Made by a program: the position numbers and the translations under genes. This document shows, piece by piece, positions 1-12,793 of a stretch of 64,000 nucleotides of DNA (the stretch's first letter is position 1; every line of letters starts with the position of its first letter). The stretch covers positions 32,428,001-32,492,000 of the forward strand of contig NC_045697.1 in the NCBI RefSeq assembly GCF_009834535.1. Reading direction: 5' to 3'. A model generated the notes under the pieces. It made no database searches. It saw nothing but the letters and a program-made list of their open reading frames with translations, and was not told where the DNA came from. The DNA is from Camelus ferus (taxonomy: Eukaryota).

Positions 1-1074
1 ATTATGCTCTGATTTTTTTGTGCATAAAAGTTTATGGCATTTTTTTGTGGTATGTATTCTTTAAAATTATAAATTGTCCTTCAAAATCTATTTACTGCTA
101 CTCAACATGAATTAAACCTTATTTGATAATTAAGACATGGTTCTCATTTCAAACATTTTTAGGTTACTTGTATATATCACTGGGTTTTGCTTTGAGCCAT
201 TTTTAGAGGCTTTTGTTTGTTTGTTTAAGTGAATATTTCTGATCTCTTGATGTGACACAAGAGTTTCTATTTATGCCTATAATTAATTTGTCTCATATTT
301 TCTTTTTATTATGCCTTAAAAAATTGCTCACTCAACCTTTGTTGTATTTGAGTTGGAGTGTGTGTGTGTGTTCATTTTTAGAATGTGAAGCTTTATCTTT
401 ATCATTTATTTTCTTTGAGTCATTAAGTTATAGCTATTTATCAGTAATCTTTAAATTTTTTGATCGTATACTATTAGTAAACAAAAAATTCAAAACAGAA
501 TCCCAATATGTATAAATATATATATATACTTTTTATATGTAAAAGTTTCAGTATGTATATTATATGCATGAAAAATAAATTTATCTCATATTCCAGATAC
601 AAACACCTACAGGTAGAAATGGCAATATTTTATTTTGATACCTTGGGAAATCTTATATAATTCCTGTGGTATAGACAATACTGAATCTTAATGTAGTAAT
701 TTTAGGCATTATCTATTGACTTCACAGTCTAGAATAAGGTAATGTGTGTGCTTTTATTTCACTCCAGCTTCCCTAAATGCATTATTACTGCTTAACTTCC
801 CCCACCTAATTACATTATTTCCAGCTCTTATGATGGTGACATTTGCATCTTAAATGAAATACTTACACCTCTTTTACTCAGTATCAATTTTAAGTGGTTT
901 CTACCAAATTCTCACTCCTTGTTCTGAAAAATTAGGTTACTAGAGGCTTTTCAAACTGGTCTCCACTTACATGGCTTCTTTTAAACATTGCTTTTCTTTT
1001 CTCTCTGTGAAACATAACTGATGGACGTCCACCACGTGTGAAACACATTTCCCGGCGACCTTGATGTATCTTGC

Positions 1075-1360
1075 TCTAGCAGATTGTATTTTCCAAAGAT
1101 GGATGAAACAGTATGTTGCCTCCCAGATGCTCTTCTACCATCTGACCTTGCCAACCTGCCACCTCTGCCCTCTCCGCTTCAATCTGGGTGGATAGAATGT
1201 TGCTCTTGACCAACTGAATGCAGTGGAAATGCTGTTGTGTAACCTGCACACCTAGGTGAGAAAAGGCCTTGCAGCTTCGGCTTGTCTTGAGATACTCTTT
1301 TTAGTGACAATCAGGGGCTGTGGAGGAAGTGAGACCATCATGCTGGAGAGGACACATGTA
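1075..1360 (+). mobile_element. MaLR LTR fragment (MLT1H-like)
   Basis: Begins 'gcagattgtattttccaaagatgg...tgctcttctaccatctgaccttgcca', resembling the MLT1H 5' end; 3' boundary approximate. Confidence 0.6.
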
Positions 1361-2108
1361 AATCCTGGATGTCCCTAAATCCTCTTTTACCTTTATATTT
1401 GGAAGTTCCTTCACCCTCCTCCACCTTTTCTCCCTTTTGCTGAATAACTAGCTCACTTATGGTATCCCTCTGCTGTTACAGAATATCTTTGCTGATTTCT
1501 TTCAGCTGTGCCTTATGTTCTTGCTTTGATGGATGTCATGTTTTCTTCTGTATCATGTTTTAGTTCAAGAAATAGTAGTCAGGATTTTCACTAGTTATGT
1601 ACAGACATTATTTTATGTGCTGTTCAGCTGCCTTTGATTTGTGATTTTCTCTTTTTCTTCCTAGTACAGTAATTTTACATAGATATTTTTAAATTACTTA
1701 TATTTAAATCAAGGTTTTCTAGGATCAGATAGTTTATTTTTCTGTAAATAATGGTAGATGTGTCTGGAGAGTTAGCAGTAATGACAGGCAGTTTGAACTT
1801 AGTTCTGTGGTCTATGGAAACTTTCTCGTCAACACTTGCCTTTTTGACTAGATTTAGAAAGTCCCATTGGCTCAGAATGAAGCCTTGCATGTTTTTGTGG
1901 GTTTCCTTTGTTTTTCTCTTTTTTCCCCCTCCCCTGATACTTCTTTTCAGATGACAGAAATTGGCAGGTGCAGAGCTTCTCATGACTTATAATTTTTCCT
2001 CTTTTCTAGCATGAAGATTACTAGCTGGTAAACATAGATATAATTGCCAACTTCCAGATTCAGTGCAATTTGTTTGCCAGGCCATTGTATTCAACCCTGG
2101 ACAGGGAG

Positions 2109-3004
2109 TGTAATATTGTGACTTATAATAAGAAATGTGTATTTGGTCTTTGTCACCGTTTCTGGTACCAAATGCTTAAACTCTTGGAATTTCATAAGTG
2201 ATGAGAGCAACAAAGGTGCCTTTTCTTATGTTAATGAGGTGACTTTTAGACTTCTCTTAAGGATGGGGTTTGCTGCCAGGGAACAAACCATGTGCTTATA
2301 GGGTTGGAACTTTCAGTCCCACCTTCTGTTCTCCAGGGAGGAGAGAGGGGCTGGAGGTTGAACCAGTCACCATTGGGCAATGACTTACTCAAGCCTATGT
2401 AATGAAGTCTCCATGAAAACCCAAAAGGATGGAGTTCAGAGTACTTCCAGTTTGGCGAACACATGGAGGGGCTGGGAGTGTGGTGCACCTGGAGAAGGCA
2501 TGGAAGCTTTCTGCCCTTTCCCCATAACGTGCCTTTTGCATCTCTTCCATCTGGCTGTTTCTGACCTTCATCTTTTTGCAATAAACCAAGGCTCTAGTAA
2601 ATAAAATGTTTCTGAGTTCTGTAAGCCATTCCAGGAAATTAATCTAACCAAAGAAGGGAATGTGGGCATCTCTGATTTATAGCCAGTTGGTCAGAATTAC
2701 AGTTAACAACCTGGACTTGCAACAAGTATCTGAAGTCCAAGAAGGTGGTAATTGGAACCTCCAAATTGTAGCCAGTCAGTCAGAAGAACAAGTAGATGTG
2801 TCTGGAGAGTTAGCAGTAATGACAGGCAGTAATGACTTTTGATAAGCATCTGATGTGGGGTTTGGAGGGGAGATCTGTAGGATTGAACCCTTAAACTATG
2901 GGATCTGATGCTATTTTGGGTAGATAGTGTTAGAAATGAGTTGAATTACGGGACACCCAGCTGGTGCCCAGAGTATTGTTTGTTGTTGGTGTTGGGGATC
3001 TTCC

Positions 3005-3067
<63 letters not shown>

Positions 3068-3110
3068 GAATTGGGTCCAGGAACCCCAAAGAGAAAGATT
3101 TCTAGAGACA
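2109..3110. mobile_element. Solo LTR, MER21-like
   Basis: Starts 'tgtaatattgtgacttataataagaaatgtgtatttggtctttgtc'; contains MER21-type blocks 'gccagttggtcagaa' and 'gtagatagtgttagaaatgagttgaattacgggacacccagctggtg'. Confidence 0.75.
3007..3066 (+). repeat. Compound microsatellite (CA)24(GA)6
   Basis: Read directly from the sequence. Confidence 0.97.
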
Positions 3111-3679
3111 GCCCCTTCTTTTTATTCATGAGGTCCTTTTTGTAACCTTGTGGAAAGGGAGAAGATAGTGATGATCCACATGGTGTATAATGACAGTGTT
3201 CTTGGGACCTTCTGTGATACAAAACTAAGTAACTACAGAGATGTCTCCAGCTTCTCCTATGGCCCACCCAGAAAGAAGTATGGTTTTTACATCTAGTATT
3301 TTATGTCTCTTTTAAAAAATTTTGTCATTAGCCTGTTAACGTCTCTCATTAATTCCATTTTCCAAGTGAAATAAATTTAGGCAGTGCCTTCCTGGGTAGC
3401 CTCTTAGTTTAGAAAAATCTTTCTCTTGAAAACTTTATGTAGAAGGACATAAGCATTGTAGACTTTGTAATTTAAAATTTTATGAACTTTACTGTCCTTG
3501 TTAGTTATTCTTTATAATACATGATTTGTGATTTTATTTAATTCACTATCTTATTAAATATTTTTTATTCTATTTTCTTTTTTGGTGGGAGTTTAAGCAG
3601 AAAATAAAATTAAAATTGCTGAAGTCTTATATCGTTGATTTGTAAAGCCACTCAAGATTTTCATTTTAAAGAAGTTCTA

Positions 3680-4240
3680 TTTGATAATAGATTATTGAGG
3701 GTAGAGGAAGAGAAGAAAGAAGGTTGTAAGACTAGATCAAAGGCCTTTAATAAGAGGAGATACAGACTAAAATGTTGGCATTGACAACAAAGAGAATAAA
3801 AATAATTTGAGGAATGTTAAAGAAGTAGAGCTGGAAGAATTTCATGATTATTTTCATGCTGGGATTGAGGGAGACAACGGAATCGAGCATAAAAATCAAT
3901 TTGGTGTTGAGGTACCAGGTTAATTTTCTGCCATCTCCTGGATTATGGAAATCAGAAGAAAAGTGAGTATGTTCTAAGAGATAATGAGTTTATTGTTGTA
4001 AAGAGTAGTTTCTAGTGAGTAGAGGGATAGGAATGCTGCTAAAAATCATTTAATGTACAGAGTATCCCCTCAACAAAGAATTATCTGACCCAAAGGTCAA
4101 TCATGTCAAGGTTGAGAAACTGTGCTGTAAGTAGAAAGACCCAACAAGCAGGCAGTTTGACATTCAGGTCTGGAGTTCAATGGAGAGACCAATTTTAGAG
4201 CCACAGATTTGGAGGAGACCTGTAATTGACCACCAAAGCC
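3680..4240. mobile_element. L2 LINE fragment interrupted by MER20
   Basis: Purine-rich L2-like text ('ggcagtttgacattcaggtctggagttcaatggagag...cacagatttggagg'); boundaries approximate. Confidence 0.5.
4005..4125. mobile_element. MER20 (hAT-Charlie) fragment
   Basis: 'ctagtgagtagagggataggaatgctgctaaa...caacaaagaattatctgacccaaa...caaggttgagaaac' matches the MER20 3' half. Confidence 0.75.
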
Positions 4241-4264
4241 TTTTTTCTTCTTACTAGATACACA

Positions 4265-4561
4265 GATAGTCTCAATTTCTTAGTTTGCTTTCTGTAGGTG
4301 AGCCTTTGTGACTTACTTCTAACCAATGGAATTTGAAGGGCAGAGGGAGGGACCAAGGGAGGGAGGGAGAGAACTTAAGATGAAAACATGGAAGCCACAG
4401 TCTTTTATAACCTGATCTGGGGACTGGCATTACCATCACTCTGCCGTATGATATGGAAGGCAAACCCTGATGCACTGTGGGTGGGGACTGGTTAACAATG
4501 TAAGTAACAGAATGCAGAGATCATGGTGGGTTACCTAAGATTTTAAAGACTGGCTACCACA
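4265..4561 (-). mobile_element. Old MaLR LTR fragment (MLT1H/I/J-like)
   Basis: Ends 'aagactggctaccaca'; internal 'ggcattaccatcactctgccg' resembles antisense MLT1. Confidence 0.5.
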
Positions 4562-4730
4562 GAGGCTCATCCTTTATAACAGATAGTGCTACCCTTATCA
4601 ACGTCAATAGTTCTATTTGTCTTTCATTAAGAATCAGTAGAGTTCCTTGCATGTGAGAGTTTGGTTTGAAATGAAAGAGTAGTGAAAAACTGAAAACAAA
4701 TTGTAATAAACAGTGAATGTTTTAAGTATT

Positions 4731-5080
4731 TGTTGTAAACTGAACTGTGACCCTCCAAAACTCACATGTCGAAGCCCTGACCACCAGTGTGACTGTATTT
4801 AGAGATGGGGCCTTTATGGACGTAATTAAGGTTAAATGAAATCATAAGGGTGGGGCTGTGATCCCATAGGATTAGTGTCCTCATAAAAAGAGACAACAGT
4901 GCCCTTTCTGCCATGTGTGGACACAAGAAGATGGCAGACCATCTACAAGCCAAGTAAAGAGCTCTGACCGTGTTGGCTCCCTGATTTCAGACTTCCAGGC
5001 ATCAAGGAGTGTGAGAAAATAAGTTTCTGTTTAAGCCCCAAGTTTATGGTATTTTGCTATGACAGCCCTGGCTAATGAAT
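4731..5080 (+). mobile_element. MaLR solo LTR (MLT1A/B-like)
   Basis: 'tgttgtaaactgaactgtgaccctccaaaactcacatgtcgaagccctgacc...gagatggggcctt...taattaaggttaaatga...tttatggtattttgctatgacagccc'. Confidence 0.85.
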
Positions 5081-5185
5081 GTGGCGTCCATTTGTGGAAG
5101 GTCCATCTAATGCTATACCAGAGTAGTAAAGAGACATATATCTGAAGGGGGTCATTGTCATGCAGAGGAAAAGCCGTATCATAGG

Positions 5186-5570
5186 TGTTAAAGTAACCAG
5201 AACAGGCCCAAGATACAGTTGCTCATGCTAAGCCCCATGACAGCAAACCAAACCTAAGCTTCTACGCTTAGCTCCCCTAGAAAAGGAAAGCCTGAGTCAA
5301 CCAGCCAGTGGTGGCCTGTCCAGCACAAGTTGACTAACCCAGCTCCCAGACTTCCCCTTGCTCCGCGTGAGGAAAGTAACCCAGCTTTAACCAATCGGCA
5401 AATGCCCAGTATAATTTACTTGCTTCTGCTCAGTTTGGTCTGTAAAAATCTCTTGCCTTGTATGTTTCTTTGGAGCGCCTCTCTATCTGCCAGACCAGAT
5501 GGTGCTTGATTCATGAATCACTGAATATAAGCCTACTAGCTCAGTACGTTGTGGAAAATTTTGTTCAACG
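5186..5570 (+). mobile_element. ERV1-class solo LTR with 4-bp TSD
   Basis: Starts TGTTAA, ends TTCAACG (CA>CG); 'tagg' duplicated at 5182-5185 and 5571-5574; CCAAT box and 'gattcatgaatcactgaatataagcc' resemble MER34/LTR39-type LTR ends. Confidence 0.8.
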
Positions 5571-5759
5571 TAGGAAAATCAGTTTTAGGAATGGTCCATG
5601 GCCAGGCTGTTGAGAACTTTTGGTTTTGGATCTAGAGTGAAGGGGAGAACTTAGGAACGGAGCCAGACTCAATTCTACATTGTCAGAATGGAAGGTGCTT
5701 GAATTCAAAAAACAAGAGCCCCAGATAGCAAGCAGAAGGAAAAACTAGAGAAAAGAAGA

Positions 5760-5980
5760 GCCTCAAGCTACAGATGGGCTTTGATTTCTGGAAGATACTG
5801 GTTTGAATCTCATCTCTACCAGTAATTATACTCTGAGTTGATTTACTTGGTTTTGGTGTTCTCACTCCTAAAATTAGGATATTAAAATATATTTCATAAG
5901 GTTATTTTAAGAGATAAACTACAAAGCATGTAAAATACCCTAATAGTGTCATTGTAGAGAAGCACTCAATACATACTTGA
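5760..5980. mobile_element. MIR SINE
   Basis: 'ctggtttgaatctcatctctacc...taaaattaggatatt...aaagcatgtaaa...aagcactcaata'. Confidence 0.55.
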
Positions 5981-6959
5981 TGAAGTGCCTAACATTTTGA
6001 GTGAATGGCTTAAAGTAAATTGAGTATTATAGCCTGCTCTAAATTCATTAGTAGTACCTATTCCAGTAATGAATTTCATTCGGTAATCACAATGTATAAC
6101 TTTTTATACCTTTTATTTTGAATGGAGAAGGCAAAAATATGATCTAAATATCAACAGATTAAATTTTTGAAATGTTAAGTTGAGGGGTTTTATTTATTGT
6201 AGTCGAGTTTAGTAAAGAAATGTTGGTGTTTTTCGAGTCCAAATGTGTATAGTATGATAGAAAATAATAATTAATATCTGGAACTCATAATTTTACACAG
6301 ATAGTCCCATTGAATTTACATCATGGCTTTTTTGATAGGCATTGGGTGTTATGTTCCCCCTTTTTATTCATAAAGAAACAGAAGCTTAAAGTGATTGTCA
6401 AAGATTACAATCAGTTACTGGCAGAGCAAGAATTCAAATGCAAAACTTCTGCCTGTCTAAAGAATAAGGGCACACTATCTGCTTTACAAGGCTATTGTTA
6501 GCATTAAAATAGAGAATAAACCTACAGAATGAGGAAGCACCAAGCATAATGATTCCTTCAATTTAAATAGTGAAATGAACCATTCCTTCCACCTGCCTTT
6601 AGCCCCCACATATCATGTGCTTTCTAATTCCAGCACCTTAGAGTTCAGAATCTGCATTATAGAATGAGTTAGCAAAAAATTTGAATTAAATCTGCTTAAA
6701 CAAAAGAGACTATAGGTTTCAGTTATCAAATAACCCATTGAATGTAACAAGATCAACCTAGACATTGCATGATAGATTCTCTACCCCAGTTCTTCTAAGA
6801 GATTTTCATTATTGACCTGGACAGGGTATGCTCATTAAATTTGTGGCTGATAAATATTAAAAGCAGAGGTTAAAAGGAAAATGATGTGTAAAAGAGAGAG
6901 TTGAACTTCAAAGTGACACAAATAATTTGGAGAAGAAATCAGGGCAAAGTGAATTGTTT

Positions 6960-7200
6960 GATCAAATATCCATGTAACAGATATTTGAGTGTTTACTACG
7001 TGCACTGGGGATTCAGCAGTGAAAAAGCAAAACAAAACACAAATGTCTGTCCTTGGGGAGCTTACATTCTAGTGCTAAGAGAAAGATCATCAAAAAATAT
7101 ATATATGATGTATCATAAATAAAAGAGTAAGGGAGGTAGCGAGAACTGGGGATTTATTTTATATAGGATGGTCAGGAAAGGTCTCATGGTCAAGTAATGC
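6960..7200 (-). mobile_element. L2 3' end
   Basis: 'cagatatttgagtgtttactacgtgcactgggga...ctgtccttggggagcttacattctagtg'. Confidence 0.65.
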
Positions 7201-8089
7201 TACTCATTTATTCAATGTGTTCATTGATTTGATAATATTTATTTGGAGTGTTGCCTCTAATAGGCACTGGACAGTCTCATGATCTAGTAAGTAATGATGG
7301 TCATGTTTGTGGAGATAATTCAGTTTCATGATTATTAAGATTTGTGGCAATAAATTTGCCTTTGAAAATATTTTGAATTTTGAATATTCTTTCAAGAAAA
7401 TGCCTACATGTACAAATAGAAAATATTGTCCATTTTAGAGATTCCCTGAAACTAAAATTCAAGGTTAATAAGCCCTTACTTGGGGCTGAAATTACAATCT
7501 GGCTAAAAGCCAGCAGCACAGAGCTATTTCTTAATTTCAAGTGAAAAGTAAGTCTTGTATTTCAAGTGGGCAAAATTACTGTATGTAATTATAATATTCT
7601 AAACTTAGAGAAGAAAAGAATCATGAAGACAGGTAAATGTGTGGGAGCAGAAAGCATCTGGATGGACTCCTTATACTGGGAGAAAGGAGGTTCCAAAAAA
7701 CACTGACTATTCTTGAAATGAACAAATGATTATTTTGTAATAGCTTTACTTCCTATGCAATGTATCATAATTTTTATGTAGTTATAGTATGAAATGATAA
7801 GTGCAGATATTAAGAAAACTATTTATAAAGGCATCTTTGTTTTTTACTTTTCTCTCCTCCACCCCACCCCCGCCCCATTTTGTTTCAGTCCTCCGTGTAT
7901 GTTCACTTCATTGGCTTCAAGGCATTAGCAAACCGACTCTGATCGTGACATTCCGTGTGTTATTGTCCTTGTAGAAGCACAGCCCTTCAAATCTAGATGT
8001 GACATCACATCACTTTGTTTAATTCATGTTATAGTTGAAGTTGAGACAGAGTGCCTTGGCTCAGTTCACACATTTAGTTATATTATAAA

Positions 8090-8270
8090 ATAATGACTAG
8101 TATTTAATGAAAAGATAATATGAACCAGGCACTGAAAAAGCTAGGCAGTAATGCAATGTCCACTTTAAAATGTGGAAACTGAGCCAGAGAGAGGATACAT
8201 TAGTAGCCCAGGATCACAATATTAGTAAGTAGCTGAGTTGGAATTGAAGGCCAGCTTCCTGCTTCATAGC
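8090..8270. mobile_element. MIR SINE
   Basis: MIR core 'ttttaaaatgtggaaactgagccagagagagg...gcccaggatcaca...tagtaagtagctgagttggaattgaa'. Confidence 0.7.
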
Positions 8271-8959
8271 TTCCCCCCTACGGTTGCATGCCACTCAAGT
8301 CTTCAGGCTCTAAATTCCTGCAATTTACACCGCCCTTCACTGCCTCCATCCCAAACTCACCAACCTCCTATTCTTTTATAGCTCCAACCCTTGGTTGCCT
8401 AAATTGTGCGGTCAGAGACAGGTGGAAGATTGCTGTGAAAAGCACAGGCAGAAGCACTCCTGTTTAGCCTCTTTATGTATCTATTTTTCCTACAGATTGG
8501 GGTATTTTCACAATTATGCATACTTACTCATTCTGCCAAAAAATTCTCTTTAACGCTGTTAAAGCTGTAGTCAATTTTCTCAGTTTGATGTTCCAAAGGA
8601 GCCTGCTGTGTCTTTTTCATTCTGTGCAAAAATAAGCATGACAAGATCCACCAGCTGCTAAAGTCATTGCGCTGCTTAAAAACTTGCTGTTTGTTTTCTC
8701 CATTGTTATATTTTTATGGTTTCAGAATTTGAGCAGCATTTAATTTCTCTCTGCTTTATATTTTCCTTTAGAGGAAGAATGCGCTGGTATTTGTATGTGT
8801 TGTAGGAATACCCTCAAAGAGAGACATTAGTCCTCAAATATCCATGACCACTGAATACTAAATAATACTGCAACCTACTTACAAACAAAACCAAACCCAA
8901 AAATGAACCAAACAACAAAAAAATCCTGCAAACCAGAAAGTATGGAAAGCCTCAGAAGA

Positions 8960-9330
8960 ATATGGCAGTTGTACTCTTTTCCTGAAATATAAAGATGTTT
9001 TTATTGTATCTTCTCTGGAGAGAATTCTGACAGTATTTACCAACAACCTTGAATTTATTCACATCATTTGATCCAGTGATTACACACCTTGAAATGCATA
9101 CAAAAATGTGTAATGTCACTTCTTTTGTAAAAGGAAAGCAGTCAGAAGCTAAGTGTTCAGCAATAGGGCATTCATTGAATGAATTGATACAATCACACAA
9201 TAAATTATTTATAGAGCCATTATAATGATGTTATTTGTATGTATTTAATAATATGGGAGGTCATTCATGATTTTTGATTAAGCCATAAAGCAAACCAAAT
9301 TTTATGGCATAGTATGAACCATCCCGTATT
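8960..9330 (+). mobile_element. Ancient L1 (L1ME-like) 3' fragment
   Basis: 'tttgatccagtgattacaca...gctaagtgttcagcaatagggca...gaatgaattgatacaatcaca'. Confidence 0.55.
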
Positions 9331-10342
9331 TTCATAAGGTTATGACTGGAAAAAAATTACCTCCAGATAATTCATTTTACACAAATATCTGATTGCTAAT
9401 CTTGCCACTTTTTATATCTTCGAGCCTAACCTACTGACTTCTTGCCCACTATATGTTCTAGTGTGCTGGGGGAGTAAAAAGGGAATTAGAAAAAATAAGA
9501 TCTGTCCCTGTTTTCAAGATGCTTACCAGTTATAATGATGAAGGTATTAAACAAACCAAAAAAGTTCTAATGAGGACCACTAGGAGGGCGAAAGACAGGA
9601 TCTTACAAAGGGCTGCAAAGGAGAAGATGTTTGCCTACTAGGAATGAAAAGAATATAGGATTGTCTAGTTTTGTAACCTTGAATTTATTTATTTACTGAT
9701 TAGGTTCCTATGGATTCTTGAAAGTTAAGCCTAACATGTTTTTACTCTTCCAAAGCTTGGAGTGATTTTCTCCTTTTGACCTCCTCTAGCACTGTTTGTC
9801 AGCTAACTCATTTGGAACCTAGCAAATACCCAATTTTTATGTCCGTCTCAACTTTAATTCTCAACGTGGTGGGAAATTACCTTCAAAGCGAAGATAGCCA
9901 TTTCTCCTGACTCCACACAGAATTTATTACGGAATTCAATTTATTTAAATAGCTGTTGGACAGAAAGTCACCATTCAAGGCTGGTTACAAGTGATGTATG
10001 TTCTATATGAAGACAAGGTAGGTATACACTATCTCTTTAGGAAAACATACATAATCTCCCACTCCTTTAGTTCCAGGCTAAAAGACTTCTCTATTAAGAT
10101 AATTTCTACCCACATACTATTAAACACCTCTAAAAGGATAGAACTCAACCTTCAGGAAACATGCTAGAGAGGATAGAATATAATCTCTGGAATCAGACAC
10201 ATCTACATTTGAATTCTAGCTCCTAAATTTCTAGCTGTGTGACCTTCATCATGAATTACAGTCGACAACAGGGAAACAGTAGTAGATCTAAAACGTTAGG
10301 GGGATTTCAGGAGATAATCTTGGTGAGCACCTTAATTTCTTT

Positions 10343-12652
10343 TTTTTTTTTTCATTTGCTGTGTAATTTTTTTAAATTGAGAAGTAGATGATTTACAATA
10401 TTAGTTTCTGGTGTACAAAAGGGTTATTCAAAATTTCTATAGATTATACTTCATTACTAGTCATTGTAAAATACTAGCTATATTCCTTATGCTGTCCAAT
10501 ATGTACTTGTAAGTTAGCATAGTAGCTTGTATCTCTTAATCGCCTCCCCCTGTCTTTTCCCTCCTACCTTTCCTCTCTCCCCTATTTAGCACTAGTTTGT
10601 TCTCTATCTAAGAGTCCATTTCTTTTTTGTTACATTCAGTAATTTGTTTTATTTTTCAGATCCCTTATATAAGTGATAACATATAATATTTTTCTTTCTC
10701 TGTCTGACTTCTTTCACTAAGCATAATACCCACAGTGTTATAAATGGTAAAATGTCATTTATGTGCACACAGACTCCCTTGTGGCCTGCAGAGTTTCTGC
10801 TGAAAAGAGAGCTTTTAGCTTGCGGGAGTTCCTGTCTATGGAACTTGGTGTTTTCCCCTTGCTGCTTTTAAATTCTCTATTTATCTTTAGTTTTAGCATT
10901 TTAACTACAGTGTGGTCCTCTTTGGGTTGATCCCCTTTGGGACTCTCTGTGCTTCATGGACTTGGTATCTATTTCTTTTCCCAGGTTAGGGATGTCTTCA
11001 GCTATTACATCTTCAAATATTTTCTCTGTCCCTTTCTTCTCCTCTGTGAGCCCTATAATGTGAGTATTAGTGCACTGAGTATTGTCCTGAAGGTCTCTAA
11101 CTGTCCTCATTTCTTCCTTTCCTTTTCTTTCTTTCATTTTTCTATTCAGTTTCAGTGATTTCCACTGTCTGTCTTCCAGCTCACTGATTTGCTCCTTTGT
11201 ATCATTTTTTCTCCTATTTTTCCTTTCTAGTGTGTTTTTCATTTCAGTTATTGATCTCTGTTTCGTTCTTTATATTTTCCAGAGTTTTGTTAAAAAATTC
11301 TAACTTCTCTCTCTGTTCATGACTTCTTCTGAGTTCTCTGATCGTCCTTGTAGTCATCACCTTGAACTCTTTCTTAAGTAGATTGCCTGTCTCTGCTTCA
11401 CTTTGTTCTTCTTCTGGGGTTTTTATCTTGTTTCTTTCTTTGGAACATGTTCCTCTGTTGCCTTATTTTACCTAACTTTCTGTTTTTATATCTATGCATC
11501 TGGTATGTTGGTTACACTTCCCGACCTTGGAAAAGTGGACTTTTGTAGGAGACGTCCTATGTGTCCCTGCAGGGCATGCCCCTCGGGTCACGAGAGCCAT
11601 ATACTCTAGAGCACCCGCTATGTGAGCAGTGTGGGTTCTTCTGTTGTGGGGAGCTGACTGCTGTGGGTGGTTGGTGGATGTGGCTTGTCCCAAGGCTAGA
11701 GCAGGCTCACTGGTGGGTGAGGCTGGAGTTAGGAGATTCTGGGGGCTGGTACTTGCCAATTAGTGGGTGGAACTGGCTCCAGGGCCCAGGGTGGACTGGG
11801 TCTAGTGCCTGTGCGCTTGTGTGGGGCCTGCACTAGGCCCTCTGGTGGGCAGGGCAAGGTCCAGAGGTGGCTGTGGATTCTGGGAGTCTTCAGGGTGGCC
11901 TGTCTACTGGTGGGTGGGGCTGGGTCCTTGCCCAGTTAGTTGCTTGGCCTGAGTCATCCCCATACTGGCTGGTAGCCAAGGGCAGGCTGGGTCCTGAGGC
12001 TGATAAACTAGCAGGAGGATTCCAAAATGGTGCTTCCCAGCACCCATGTCCATGTGGTAGAAGGGGCTCCCCAAAATGGCTGTCCCCAGTGTCTGTGTCC
12101 TGAGAGTGAGCTCCAGTTGCCTCCTGGCTCTCTGGGAGACTCTCCAAGAACAGAAGTTAGGTCTGACCCAGGCTGCTTTGAGACTACTGCGTCTGCCCTG
12201 AGTCCTGGGGCATGTGAGATTTTCTGTGTGACCTCTTAAGAGTGGAGTCTCTATTTCCCACAGCCCTCTGGATCTCTTAAAAGTAAGTCCCACTGGCCTT
12301 CAAAACCATTCTGGGGGCTTGTCTTCCCAGGGAAGGACCCTTGGGCTGGGGAGACTGAAGTGAGGCTTAGCCCCCTTGCTCCTTGGGGAGAATCTCTGCA
12401 GTTGTAATTATTTTCCCATTTGTGGGTTGCCCACCTTGGTTCATGACTCTTGACTATTCCATGACTCTCCTCCTCCTACTCATCTCATTGTGGTTTCTTC
12501 TTTATATATTTAGTTGTAGAAGGTTTTATTTTTTCTTGTGGTTTCCAGTCTTTTTCATCAATAGTTGTTCTGGAAATAGTTGTAATTTTTGTGTGCCCAT
12601 GAGAGAAGGTGAGCTAAGGGTCTTTCTACTCTGCCATCTTGGGAACTCCATT
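10343..12652 (-). mobile_element. Internally deleted (HAL1-like) LINE-1: 5'UTR + partial ORF1 + 3' end
   Basis: Poly-T and L1 3' end at 10343-10760; ORF1p-like peptide in ORF 10901-11242 (EQISELEDR...KIFEDVIAEDIPNLGKEID); GC-rich 5'UTR ending with YY1 motif 'gccatcttg' near 12635; probable TSD cttaatt(t/c)cttt at 10331-10342 and 12653-12664. Confidence 0.85.
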
Positions 12653-12793
12653 CTTAATTCCTTTCTTTATGTAACTTATATAATGATAGATTCTCTTGAC
12701 CTCTGCTGTAGTCTAAGTAGCACCATTTTTCCTCTAGTTAATGCAATAAACTTCTGAATGATCTCTCTTATTTACATCCTTGCCTTTCATTCC

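Noticed and set aside
1751..2842. Shared peptide VDVSGELAVMTGS in two ORFs as a protein repeat, or a CRISPR-like repeat
   Set aside because: Explained by one 39-bp DNA duplication; only two copies about 1 kb apart in mammalian DNA.
11560..12400. GC-rich region as a host promoter or CpG island (also 50450-50800)
   Set aside because: These are CpG-decayed L1 5'UTRs.
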